Below, piece after piece: positions 8,924 through 17,133 of a DNA stretch of 36,504 nt (its first letter is position 1; every line of letters begins with the position of its first letter). The stretch comes from Thermoleophilia bacterium (lineage in GTDB: Bacteria > Actinomycetota > Thermoleophilia > Gaiellales > F1-60-MAGs149). The notes beneath the pieces are model-generated. The model saw only the letters and a list, made by a program, of their open reading frames with translations, was not told the DNA's origin and searched no databases. The stretch lies in contig JAEMTW010000001.1 in NCBI GenBank assembly GCA_016462095.1, forward strand, positions 6,536 to 43,039, in the 5' to 3' direction. The translations under genes and the position numbers were made by a program.

Positions 8924-9889
8924 ATGAGTAAGCGAATCTGTGGCGTCGACGTTGGTGGAACCAAGATCGAGGCAGTCGTCCTCAATGACAAGCACAAGGT
9001 CTGTGGCAAAGCGCGCCTCGCCACCCCCACGGCAGACGGCCCGGCGAGCGTGATCAACGCGATCATTGAGGCGATCAAGGCCGCGGCCGACGATGCGGGC
9101 TGCAAGACCAACGAGTTGGTCGGGATTGGCATCGGGGCGCCGGGCGCAGTGGACGCGAGCGCCGGCATCCTTGTGCGCGCGCCAAACATTCCTGGCTTCG
9201 ACAAGCCCTATCCGCTTGCAGCGGCGATTAAGAAGGGCTGTGGCGCCCCCGTCTTTCTCGGCAACGACGTCTCGGTCGCGGTGCTTGGCGAGCGCGATCT
9301 CGGCGCTGGCGCCAAGCTCCACAACTTTGTCGGCATCTGGTGGGGCACAGGCGTCGGGAGCGGCATCGTGCTCAACCGCGAGCTGTGGCATGGCCGTGGC
9401 GCGGCGGGAGAACTCGGCCACACCGTGATTCAACGGGGCGGTCTCGCCGAACCGAGCGGCATGGTCGGCACGATGGAGGCCTACGCTGGGCGCCGCAACA
9501 TGGAGACGCGCGCCCGGGATGCGGTGGCCGCTGGTCGTGAGACGAATCTCTTCACGCTGATGGAGCAGGCTGGCAAAGAGCGTCTTTCCTCTCGCGTCTG
9601 GCAGGAGGCACTCGAAGCGGGTGATCCGCTGGCCAGCGAGCTGATTGGCGAAGCTGTCGATGCGATCGCGACGGCGGCCGCGAATGTGATCAACATCCTC
9701 GATCTCGACGCAGTAATCCTCGGTGGTGGGCTTGGTTCGCGCTTTGGCCAGCCAATGGCAGACCGCATCGCTGCTGCCATGCAGCCAACGTTGTTCCAGC
9801 CCGACAAGGCTCCGCCAGTCCTGGTGGCTGCACTCGGCGACCTTGGTGGCGCGATTGGGGCCAGCCTGCTCGTGGGTCGACACCTTTAA
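8924..9889 (+). CDS. ROK-family sugar kinase (glucokinase-like; no N-terminal HTH)
   Basis: It starts at the ATP-binding motif (MSKRICGVDVGGTKIEAVV). It also has GIGAPGAVD and the ROK signature region (WHGRGAAGELGHTVIQRGG). The ORF-track start at 8759 would cross the divergent promoter. Confidence 0.85.
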   Translation: MSKRICGVDVGGTKIEAVVLNDKHKVCGKARLATPTADGPASVINAIIEAIKAAADDAGCKTNELVGIGIGAPGAVDASAGILVRAPNIPGFDKPYPLAAAIKKGCGAPVFLGNDVSVAVLGERDLGAGAKLHNFVGIWWGTGVGSGIVLNRELWHGRGAAGELGHTVIQRGGLAEPSGMVGTMEAYAGRRNMETRARDAVAAGRETNLFTLMEQAGKERLSSRVWQEALEAGDPLASELIGEAVDAIATAAANVINILDLDAVILGGGLGSRFGQPMADRIAAAMQPTLFQPDKAPPVLVAALGDLGGAIGASLLVGRHL

Positions 9890-9941
9890 GCCAGCACACG
9901 GAGTTCCACATCCGCAGAGAAAGTGGCGTACCCTAAGCCTC

Positions 9942-11090
9942 ATGTCTTCTCCACGCCTGCGCTCGCGCTTTGCCCTCGTCGCCACGACCGCCGTGGCCGC
10001 CCTCGCCATGCTCGTCCCAGCGGCTGTCGCCGCGCCCGTCACGGTCAACGTCGGTGCCGCGCTCACACTGACCGGTCCGAACCAGGCCTACGGACTCAGC
10101 TCGCGCCGCGGTATCGACCTTGCTGCCACGGAGATCAATGCGGGCGCCGTGTCCGGCGTCAAGCTGAACGTCAAGACCATCGACGATCTGGGCACTGCTG
10201 CCGGCGCGGCTGCTGCCTACGGTGTCTTCTTCCGCGATAACGTCTCGGTTCTGATGGGGCCGACCCTGTCGGATGTCGCCTTGACGGTCGACAACTTTGC
10301 TCAGGCCGCACGCATTCCCGTGCTGGGAATCTCGAACACGCAGCCGGGCATTACGGAGATCGGCACGTTTATCTTCCGGCCGGCACTGACCGAGGCTGTG
10401 GTGCTGCCCGCAGTGGTCAAGGCTGTTGCGACCTCGTCGCTGTTGCCCAAGACGGCCGTGCTCATTCAGGGCAGCGATGGATTTGCTGCGACGTCGGGCC
10501 CGATCCTCGGTGCTGCGATTACCGCTAACGGTATGACTGTTTTGAAGACCGAGCTCGTGCCGGTCGGGACGATCGATTTTGCTGCAATCGCTGCTTCTGT
10601 CAAGGCGACCGATCCGGACATCGTGGCGATCACCGCCTTGCCGGCCGAGGGTGTGCCGTTGCTCGTGGCCCTGCGCGCGGCGGGCTACAAGAAGAAGATC
10701 ATCGGCTCCAACGCCTTCGCTTCGCAGGCCGTGATCAAAGGTGCTGGCACGGCCGCAAACGGTCTGATTGTCGGCACCTCGTGGAGCGCCTCGACGGTTT
10801 CGGATGCCAACACGGCATTCATCAAGAACTTCAAGAAGGCCTATAAGCGGTCGCCCGACCAGTTCGCTGCAACGGCCTACGCCTACACCTATGTGTTGGC
10901 AGCAGCAGCCAAGAACGGCAAGTCGGCAACGCAGGATGCGATTACCGCGCAACTGACTGCGATTACCGGCACGAAGACCGTTTCGACGCTGCTCGGCAAG
11001 TTTACGTTCGACGCTGCCCGCAACGGCATTTCGCCCGTCACGGTGCAACAGGTCGTCAAGCAGAAGTTCACGGCCTTCAAACCGAACTGA
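9942..11090 (+). CDS. Secreted ABC-transporter substrate-binding protein, LivJ/branched-chain-amino-acid-binding type (Peripla_BP_6-like)
   Basis: Signal peptide (MSSPRLRSRFALVATTAVAALAMLVPAAVAAP) followed by the family pattern (VGAALTLTGPNQAYG, VKLNVKTIDD, VLMGPTLSDVAL, IPVLGISNTQPGIT). No permease or ATPase genes are adjacent. Confidence 0.85.
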   Translation: MSSPRLRSRFALVATTAVAALAMLVPAAVAAPVTVNVGAALTLTGPNQAYGLSSRRGIDLAATEINAGAVSGVKLNVKTIDDLGTAAGAAAAYGVFFRDNVSVLMGPTLSDVALTVDNFAQAARIPVLGISNTQPGITEIGTFIFRPALTEAVVLPAVVKAVATSSLLPKTAVLIQGSDGFAATSGPILGAAITANGMTVLKTELVPVGTIDFAAIAASVKATDPDIVAITALPAEGVPLLVALRAAGYKKKIIGSNAFASQAVIKGAGTAANGLIVGTSWSASTVSDANTAFIKNFKKAYKRSPDQFAATAYAYTYVLAAAAKNGKSATQDAITAQLTAITGTKTVSTLLGKFTFDAARNGISPVTVQQVVKQKFTAFKPN

Positions 11091-11100
11091 GGCTACATCT

Positions 11101-12441
11101 GTGCAGGTGGCGCGTGCTACCGTCCCGCCTGTGAGGGAGCGACCAAAGGCGAGCAGATGGCGTAAGACAGGCATAGTTGCCCTGCTCTTCGTCGGTTGGT
11201 TGCTGGTCACGCTCGGCGTCGTGGGCGTGTACCTGCAGCGCTCGCTCTACAACTCTGAGGCCTTCGCGAGCCGCGTGTCGGCTGTCATCAGCGAGCCGGG
11301 TGTGCAAACCGCGGTCGCAACACAGTTGACAACGGCGATCGTCGAGAAGGCGCCGAAGGCTGCGATTGCGCGACCGCTGATCCAGTCGGCTGCGATGGCG
11401 ATCGTCTCTGAACCCGCCTTTAAGACCATCCTCACGCAGTCACTCGTGCGCTTCCAGAAGGTGCTCGTCGATCCAGATACCGCCTCGCTTGTCTTCAAGA
11501 TCGAGGGTGCGCCGGAGATGATCCAGGCAGCGCTCAACGGGATCAACCCGAAACTGGCTGCGACGGTCAGCGGCGTGGCTGCAACCGAACTTGCGAACAT
11601 CCCCAACCCCGGACCCGCCTTCCGTCTGATTCAACTCGGCGCGAAGGTTGGCCCGATCGCCTGGGGGGTAATCCTGCTCGGTCTAATCGTCGGCGGCATC
11701 TCGAGTTTGATCTCGCCCGACCGGCGCCGGGGTCTGATTACGTCGCTCGTGGTGTTGGCAGCGGCAGGACTTGGACTCGTGCTGATCTTGGCGCTCGCTC
11801 AGCTCGGCCTCGTATCCGCTACAGCGAGCCAGCCAGTGTTGTCCGAGGCTCTCGACGGCGCCTTTGAAGGTCTCTTTGGTGATCTCCGCCGCATCGCCTA
11901 TTGGATCGGCGCTCTTGGCATGGTTACCGCCGTCATCGTCTGGTCGCTGCGCTTCGCACTGCCGGTCGCGTCGTCAGTTGCCTCCCGGGCGCGCGCGTCG
12001 GCGTCGGGTGCGCTCGACGCTGCGTCGGACAAGGTGGGTGGAGCACTCACCTCGGCGTCCGATTCGGCAACGGGTGCATTGACTGCGGGCTCCGCCGCCG
12101 TAGCCGCGACGACTGGCTCTGCCGTCGAGGCAGCGGGACACCGCAGCGTCGAGGCGCAGGATTTGATGGTTGTCATTCGCAGTGGCGTGCAGCGTCTATT
12201 CGTACCGGCTGCGACCAATCAAGGCCGGCTGATCCAGGGCGCAATCGCGCTCGTCATCGGCCTACTGATCCTCTTTGCCTGGTCGATCGTGATCGACGTG
12301 ATCGTCTTCGCGCTCGGTCTTGGCCTGCTGGCGCTCGCGCTCAACCGGATCCTGATCGTGATCTTCTCGCACCGAACGCAGCGCGCCCTCGCCGCCGAAC
12401 AGCAGACCGCTGTTGGTGCTGGTTCGCCGACCAACACCTAG
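11101..12441 (+). CDS. Integral membrane protein, function unknown
   Basis: N-terminal TM (IVALLFVGWLLVTLGVVGVYL), central TM helices and a C-terminal TM pair (LIQGAIALVIGLLILFAWSIVIDVIVFALGLGLLALAL). It contains three 11-residue repeats (see the repeat feature). The start (GTG 11101 or 11107) is uncertain. Confidence 0.6.
   Translation: MQVARATVPPVRERPKASRWRKTGIVALLFVGWLLVTLGVVGVYLQRSLYNSEAFASRVSAVISEPGVQTAVATQLTTAIVEKAPKAAIARPLIQSAAMAIVSEPAFKTILTQSLVRFQKVLVDPDTASLVFKIEGAPEMIQAALNGINPKLAATVSGVAATELANIPNPGPAFRLIQLGAKVGPIAWGVILLGLIVGGISSLISPDRRRGLITSLVVLAAAGLGLVLILALAQLGLVSATASQPVLSEALDGAFEGLFGDLRRIAYWIGALGMVTAVIVWSLRFALPVASSVASRARASASGALDAASDKVGGALTSASDSATGALTAGSAAVAATTGSAVEAAGHRSVEAQDLMVVIRSGVQRLFVPAATNQGRLIQGAIALVIGLLILFAWSIVIDVIVFALGLGLLALALNRILIVIFSHRTQRALAAEQQTAVGAGSPTNT
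12007..12105 (+). repeat. Three tandem, diverged 33-bp (11-codon) repeats inside the membrane-protein gene
   Basis: In-frame units are GALDAASDKVG (12007-12039), GALTSASDSAT (12040-12072) and GALTAGSAAVA (12073-12105). Confidence 0.6.
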
Positions 12442-12604
12442 CGCGTCTCGTCGCTTCCGCTGGGCGTCCGAACCGTCTCGTGTTTGACCGGACAGCGAGG
12501 CAGCTGCGCCCTCAAACGCCCGGGTTACCGATTCACCGCAGGTGCTGATAGATTGCCGGGCATGATTGTCGCCGGCATTGTCGGCTCAGACTAGGAGAAC
12601 GAAC

Positions 12605-13303
12605 ATGGCATCGCAAGATACAGCTGCTGGGGACTCGGGTAGCGGGGAGTCCGAACCGCGCCAACGGCGACTCGATCGCCTCGAGGTTTCGATTGCGATC
12701 CTGCTCGGAATCGCAGCGATCCTGACCGCATGGTCGACGTTTCAGAGTGCTCAACTCGGCTCAGGCGTCTCGGCGGCCTACAGTGAAGGCATCCGCTCGT
12801 CGGATGCGGCCTCGCAGGCGTATAACGACGCTGCGGCTACCGACGTCGCTGACCAAGCGCTATTCCTCGAGTATGCGAAAGCCGAGTTCGCGGGCGACGT
12901 CGATGCGGCCACGTACATCCACGACTCGCTGATGACCGAGGAACTCCAGGCCGCGATCGACTGGTGGGACACACAGCCTGATGCGGCGCAGTACGACACG
13001 CCATTTACCGAAGACAATCCGAATTGGTCGACAGAGCTGTTCGACGCCGCCGAGGCGCTCGACGTGGAGGCGCAGGCGCAGTTCGATGAAGCGCAGACGA
13101 AGGATGGAATCGGCAGTGACTTCGACATCCTGTCGATCATTATTGCCCTCGCTCTTTTCCTCTTTGGCGTCGCAAGTCTCGTCCGACAGGAGCGGATCAA
13201 GATCGGCCTTGGCGCGGTCGGTGCCGTCATCTTGGTGTTCTCAATTGTCCGATTGATCCAGCTCGGCAATCCGGCTGGCGTCACTCTAAGCCTGCTCTTC
13301 TAA
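12605..13303 (+). CDS. Two-TM membrane protein with an acidic helical central domain (DUF4337-like architecture), function unknown
   Basis: The ATG at 12605 has an SD AGGAGA (12593-12598) 6 nt upstream. One TM lies near the N-terminus (VSIAILLGIAAILTAWSTF) and two near the C-terminus (ILSIIIALALFLFGVASLV, LGAVGAVILVFSIVRLI). It ends 5 nt before the channel gene. Confidence 0.65.
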   Translation: MASQDTAAGDSGSGESEPRQRRLDRLEVSIAILLGIAAILTAWSTFQSAQLGSGVSAAYSEGIRSSDAASQAYNDAAATDVADQALFLEYAKAEFAGDVDAATYIHDSLMTEELQAAIDWWDTQPDAAQYDTPFTEDNPNWSTELFDAAEALDVEAQAQFDEAQTKDGIGSDFDILSIIIALALFLFGVASLVRQERIKIGLGAVGAVILVFSIVRLIQLGNPAGVTLSLLF

Positions 13304-13308
13304 GCGCC

Positions 13309-15201
13309 GTGGCACGGCAGATCACCACACGCGATCGCCTGCGCTATCGCTTCGAGGCGACGCTATCTCGGGGCACGATCGGCGTGATGGGGTGGCTGGC
13401 CGCCGTGACGCTGGTGGTGGTGCTTATCGCCGGGCTGATCATCACACTGCTTGGCCTGCGAACTGCCGACCAAAGCCAGACCAGCTTTGGTGAGGGTGTT
13501 TGGACGAGTCTGATGCGCGCGATCGATCCGGGCGCGCTTGGGGCAGATCAGGGTTGGTCGTGGCGGATCGTCGCGTTGTTGGTGACGATTGCTGGCATCT
13601 TTGTGTTGTCGACCCTGATCGGCCTAATCGGCGCCGGTATTGATCGCAAACTCGATGAGCTGCGCAAGGGGCGTTCGCTGGTCGTGGAAGAGGGGCACAC
13701 GCTGATTCTTGGCTGGTCGCCAAAGTTGCATCAGGTCCTCAACGAGATCGAGGTTGCCAACGAGAACCAGCGCAACCCGAGCGTGGTTGTCCTTGCTCCG
13801 CGCGACAAGGTCGAGATGGAAGACGAGGTTCGGGCCCGTGCCGGTGGACCGCGCCGCACTCGCGTGATTTGCCGGTCGGGCGACCCATCGGACCCTTCGG
13901 ACCTTGCACTCGTCCGTCCGATGGAGGCGAAGTCTGTCTTGGTGCTCACCGATGACGAGGCCGGCGACCCACAAACGGTCAAGACCGTGCTGGCCTTGAT
14001 GGGCTTTGACGAGGGCTTTGAGCACCTCCGTGTCACGGCAGAGTTCTTGGCGGCTGATTCGGCTCAGGCACTCGAACGCGCCACCGGGGGCCGGCTCGGC
14101 GTGGTGGTCTCCAGCGATGTGATCTCGCGCATCACCGCTCAGGTCTGCCGACAGGCCGGACTCAGTTTCGTGTTCCAGGACTTGCTCGATTTCGACGGTG
14201 ATGAGATCTACTTCCAAGCCGAACCGCGGCTGACGGGCCATACGTTTGGTGACTGCCTGACGCTGTACGAATCGTCGGCCGTGATTGGTGTGCGAGCGGC
14301 CGACGGTACGGTCACTCTGAGCCCTCCGATGCAGCGTGTCTTTGCCGATGGCGACCAAGTCATCGCGATTTCGGCGGACGACGACACCGTGATGCTCAAC
14401 GGCGAAATCGTCCCGGGGCAGGCCGCCGCGACAGCCTCAGAGCCACCGCTCGAGTTGAAGGTCGAGCGAACCCTTGTGATCGGCTGGAACGCGATGGCGC
14501 CGCTTGTGTTACTCGAATTGGATCGCTACGTGGCGCCCGGTTCGGAGGTGCGCGTACTGTTCGACCCGGCACGGACGGGCATGGCACCGCGCGCCGCTGC
14601 GGTGGAAAACATGGCGATCGAGCTCGTCGAGATGGATACGATCAACGGACAGTTGTTGGCCGCCGAAATCGGTCGCAGAGCCTACGACCAGGTGATCATC
14701 CTCTGCTACCGCACGGGCGATGTCGCAGACAGTGACGCCCGCACGCTCTTGACGCTCCTGCAGGTGCGACAGGCGACAGAACTAGAGGGCAGCCCAAACC
14801 ACGGCGTGCGTCTCGTCACCGAACTGCTCGACGTTCGCGATGTCGAATTGGCTCGCATTGCAAACCCCGACGACTTCGTCGTCAGCGAGCGCCTTACGAG
14901 TCTCATGCTCGCGCAGTTGTCGGAGAACGCAGACCTCCGTGGTGTCTTCGCCGACCTCTTCGATGCCAAGGGAGTCGAGCTCGTGCTCGTGCCTGCGGCG
15001 CGCTACGTCACGACGGGCGAAGAACAGCCCTTCGCCGACGTCGTGGCAGCGGCTCGTCGGCGTGGCCACGTCTGTGTCGGCTACCGCCGTATTGGCGACG
15101 ATCAGGGCGATGTGACGCTCGGTGGCGGTGTCGTCCTCAATCCGCCGAAAAGCAAGCCCGTCACGTTTAGCGAGGACGACCAGATCCTCGTGCTTGCCTG
15201 A
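13309..15201 (+). CDS. CASTOR/POLLUX(DMI1)-type ion channel with two RCK/TrkA-N-like domains
   Basis: TM helices plus a pore-like region (SFGEGVWTSLMRAIDPGALGADQGWSWRIVALLVTIAGIFVLSTLIGLIGAGIDRKLDELRKGRSLVVEEGHTLILGWSPKL). As I recall it, this is collinear with the plant CASTOR/POLLUX pore-to-RCK junction (...LRKGKS.V.E..HILILGWSDKL). A second Rossmann-like start is RTLVIGWNAM. Confidence 0.8.
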   Translation: MARQITTRDRLRYRFEATLSRGTIGVMGWLAAVTLVVVLIAGLIITLLGLRTADQSQTSFGEGVWTSLMRAIDPGALGADQGWSWRIVALLVTIAGIFVLSTLIGLIGAGIDRKLDELRKGRSLVVEEGHTLILGWSPKLHQVLNEIEVANENQRNPSVVVLAPRDKVEMEDEVRARAGGPRRTRVICRSGDPSDPSDLALVRPMEAKSVLVLTDDEAGDPQTVKTVLALMGFDEGFEHLRVTAEFLAADSAQALERATGGRLGVVVSSDVISRITAQVCRQAGLSFVFQDLLDFDGDEIYFQAEPRLTGHTFGDCLTLYESSAVIGVRAADGTVTLSPPMQRVFADGDQVIAISADDDTVMLNGEIVPGQAAATASEPPLELKVERTLVIGWNAMAPLVLLELDRYVAPGSEVRVLFDPARTGMAPRAAAVENMAIELVEMDTINGQLLAAEIGRRAYDQVIILCYRTGDVADSDARTLLTLLQVRQATELEGSPNHGVRLVTELLDVRDVELARIANPDDFVVSERLTSLMLAQLSENADLRGVFADLFDAKGVELVLVPAARYVTTGEEQPFADVVAAARRRGHVCVGYRRIGDDQGDVTLGGGVVLNPPKSKPVTFSEDDQILVLA

Positions 15202-15215
15202 CTCTGGCAGCGCAT

Positions 15216-15286
15216 GGGCCGACAGGGAATCGAACCCTGACCGAGAGATTAAAAGTCTCCTGCTCGACCTTCGAGCTACCGGCCCG
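15216..15286 (-). tRNA. tRNA-Lys (anticodon UUU); CCA not encoded
   Basis: The reverse complement folds as a cloverleaf. Acceptor GGGCCGG/TCGGCCC (one G-U pair). D arm GCTC-GAAGGTC-GAGC. Anticodon arm GGAGA-CTTTTAA-TCTCT. 4-nt variable loop CGGT. T arm CAGGG-TTCGATT-CCCTG. Discriminator A. The ends are good to about 2 nt. Confidence 0.85.
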
Positions 15287-15319
15287 CTGGGAGTGTACGA
15301 CGGGTCTAGCGGGGAGACG

Positions 15320-16564
15320 CTAGCTGTAGATGCCCGGCGTCGGCTCGCGAAGGCGAAGCACGGGGATTAGAGCAATCAGCAGTAGCGCCGCCAAGCTGAT
15401 GCCGACGGCTGGAAAACCAAAGCGGTCAAGCACGAAGCCAGCAGAAATTACCGCTGCGGCACCACAGAGCGCGACGATCTGATCGTTTGTTGCCGTTAGG
15501 CGCCCACGCTCCTGTGGCGTCGTCACATCCGCCAAGACCGTCGTACCCGCCACCCAGCTTGCGCACCAGCCGAGTCCGAGCAGGAAAAAGAAGGGGAGGA
15601 TTGCGATCGAGTCGCCGAGCAGCGACGTGCCCACGGACCCGACGGCAGTGACGAGGATGCCGGCGATCAGCGTGCGGCGTCGCCCGGCCCGGTCGGCCAG
15701 CCGGCCAAGCGGTGCGGCCAACCCAAACATGCCGAGGTAGTGGGCGGAAATGAAGATCCCGAGCGCCGCTGGACCCATGCCCTGATTGTTCAGCACGACA
15801 GCCGTGACGCCCATCACGCCAACCATGGCAGCCTGGATCAACGTGGAAGCGGTAATCGCAGCTCGTGCAGGTTTCAACTGCAACAGCTCACGGCGGCTGC
15901 GAGGCTCGCCGTGCTCGGGCTCGTCGGCTGCACCAGGAAAGTAGTCGCTGAGGTGGCGCGCAACGTCGCGCGGATCGACGGCAATACCGCGCACGAGCAT
16001 GAGGGCTGCGATCGCAGTGATCGGCACGAGAAACCACGGTGCGGCGCTCTCGTTGAGGCTAAACACTCCGGCGACCAGCACGAGCCCCGAGCCAAGCAGC
16101 GGACCGATGATGCTGCCGATCGCGCCGGCCGAGACGACGAGGCCGACGCCGTGGGCTCGCTGCTCGAGTGGGTAGAGGTCGGCGGCAGCCGCGCGGTGCA
16201 TCATCGCTGGCCCCTGGCCACAGCCGAAGACGATCGTGCCGAGCACAAGCAAGGGATACGACTTCGTCACGATCGCCAGCGCGCAGATGATCGCACCGAC
16301 GGTGATCAGTGCGAGTCCAGCCGTCAGGACGGGGAGGCGGCCATGGCGATCACTCACGCGACCAGCCACCCACAGCGCGGCCACACTGGACAGGAGAGCG
16401 AGACCGACGCTGGTACCTGCCATTCCCGCGTGTCCCGAGAGGTTCGCGGTGGCGACGGCGCCGACGCTGGCGTTGAGGGGAATCGCGGCGCTGATCGCGG
16501 CCTGGCCGGCAGCGAGGCGCAGCGTCCACTGCGAAATGCGACGCGGCGTCTGGACTGTCGCCAT
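15320..16564 (-). CDS. MFS transporter
   Basis: About 12 hydrophobic helices. MFS loop 2-3-like motifs (GRVSDRHGRLPVL, LADRAGRRRTL). The ATG at 16564 overlaps the algH-like stop as TGATG. Confidence 0.85.
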   Translation of the reverse strand: MATVQTPRRISQWTLRLAAGQAAISAAIPLNASVGAVATANLSGHAGMAGTSVGLALLSSVAALWVAGRVSDRHGRLPVLTAGLALITVGAIICALAIVTKSYPLLVLGTIVFGCGQGPAMMHRAAAADLYPLEQRAHGVGLVVSAGAIGSIIGPLLGSGLVLVAGVFSLNESAAPWFLVPITAIAALMLVRGIAVDPRDVARHLSDYFPGAADEPEHGEPRSRRELLQLKPARAAITASTLIQAAMVGVMGVTAVVLNNQGMGPAALGIFISAHYLGMFGLAAPLGRLADRAGRRRTLIAGILVTAVGSVGTSLLGDSIAILPFFFLLGLGWCASWVAGTTVLADVTTPQERGRLTATNDQIVALCGAAAVISAGFVLDRFGFPAVGISLAALLLIALIPVLRLREPTPGIYS

Positions 16565-17112
16565 CAGTTGAGCGACGGATCATCGGGCTGGAGCGCGAAG
16601 ACCGCGACCGCCCCACCATGGCGACGAAGAACGTTCCGCCAGAGCGTCTCAGGGTCTTCGGTAAAGCAATCGTCGATCTGGGCTTCGACTACCACCCACG
16701 CCTCTTCTTCGAGCTCGTCTTCAAGCTGGCCGGCACTCCAACCCGAGTAGCCAGCGAAGACGCGAGCACGAACGAGTGTCGTGGGATCGAGGGTCTCTTC
16801 TGCGTCGGCTGGCAGAAAGCCAACGCTGCCAAAAGCGATCGCAGCCGAGCGCTTTCCATCAACAAAGTCACCGAGCGCCATCACTGCCTCGGGTTGGACG
16901 GGCCCACCCGAGTGCACGCTGGCGTCTTCGGCCACGAATTCGCTGAGGATTGGTACGGCGCTGGCGACTGTCACTCCGAGCGGGCGATTGAGCACGAGGC
17001 CCATCGCGCCCTCGTCGGAGTGCTCGGTGATCAACACGACAGTGCCGGCAAAGTTCGGGTCGCCAAGCGTCGGCATCGCGATCAACAACTGGCCTTGGAG
17101 CGAGCGGTACAC
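16564..17112 (-). CDS. YqgE/AlgH family protein (UPF0301)
   Basis: Family N-terminus (LQGQLLIAMPTLGDPNFAGTVVLITEHSDEGAMGLVLNRP) and C-terminal block (FAGYSGWSAGQLEDELEEEAWV). GTG start at 17112. Confidence 0.85.
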   Translation of the reverse strand: MYRSLQGQLLIAMPTLGDPNFAGTVVLITEHSDEGAMGLVLNRPLGVTVASAVPILSEFVAEDASVHSGGPVQPEAVMALGDFVDGKRSAAIAFGSVGFLPADAEETLDPTTLVRARVFAGYSGWSAGQLEDELEEEAWVVVEAQIDDCFTEDPETLWRNVLRRHGGAVAVFALQPDDPSLN

Positions 17113-17133
17113 GCAGGCAGCATACGCCTACTC

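Noticed and set aside
8855-10066. 403-aa ORF on the minus strand
   Set aside because: It is antisense to the ROK kinase gene and to the start of the binding-protein gene. No motifs.
9933-11210. 425-aa ORF on the minus strand
   Set aside because: It is antisense to the LivJ-type binding-protein gene. Arg/Gly-rich shadow ORF.
12442-12604. Riboswitch or attenuator in the leader of the channel operon
   Set aside because: It shows only weak 4-5-bp stems and an imperfect tandem repeat. I recognise no Rfam-like motif, so it is mentioned under the channel finding rather than called as a feature.
15202-15330. tRNA-Lys as an integration site for a mobile element or genomic island
   Set aside because: There is no integrase, recombinase or phage gene, and I found no direct repeat of the tRNA 3' end on either side. 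The flanking genes have host-like composition.
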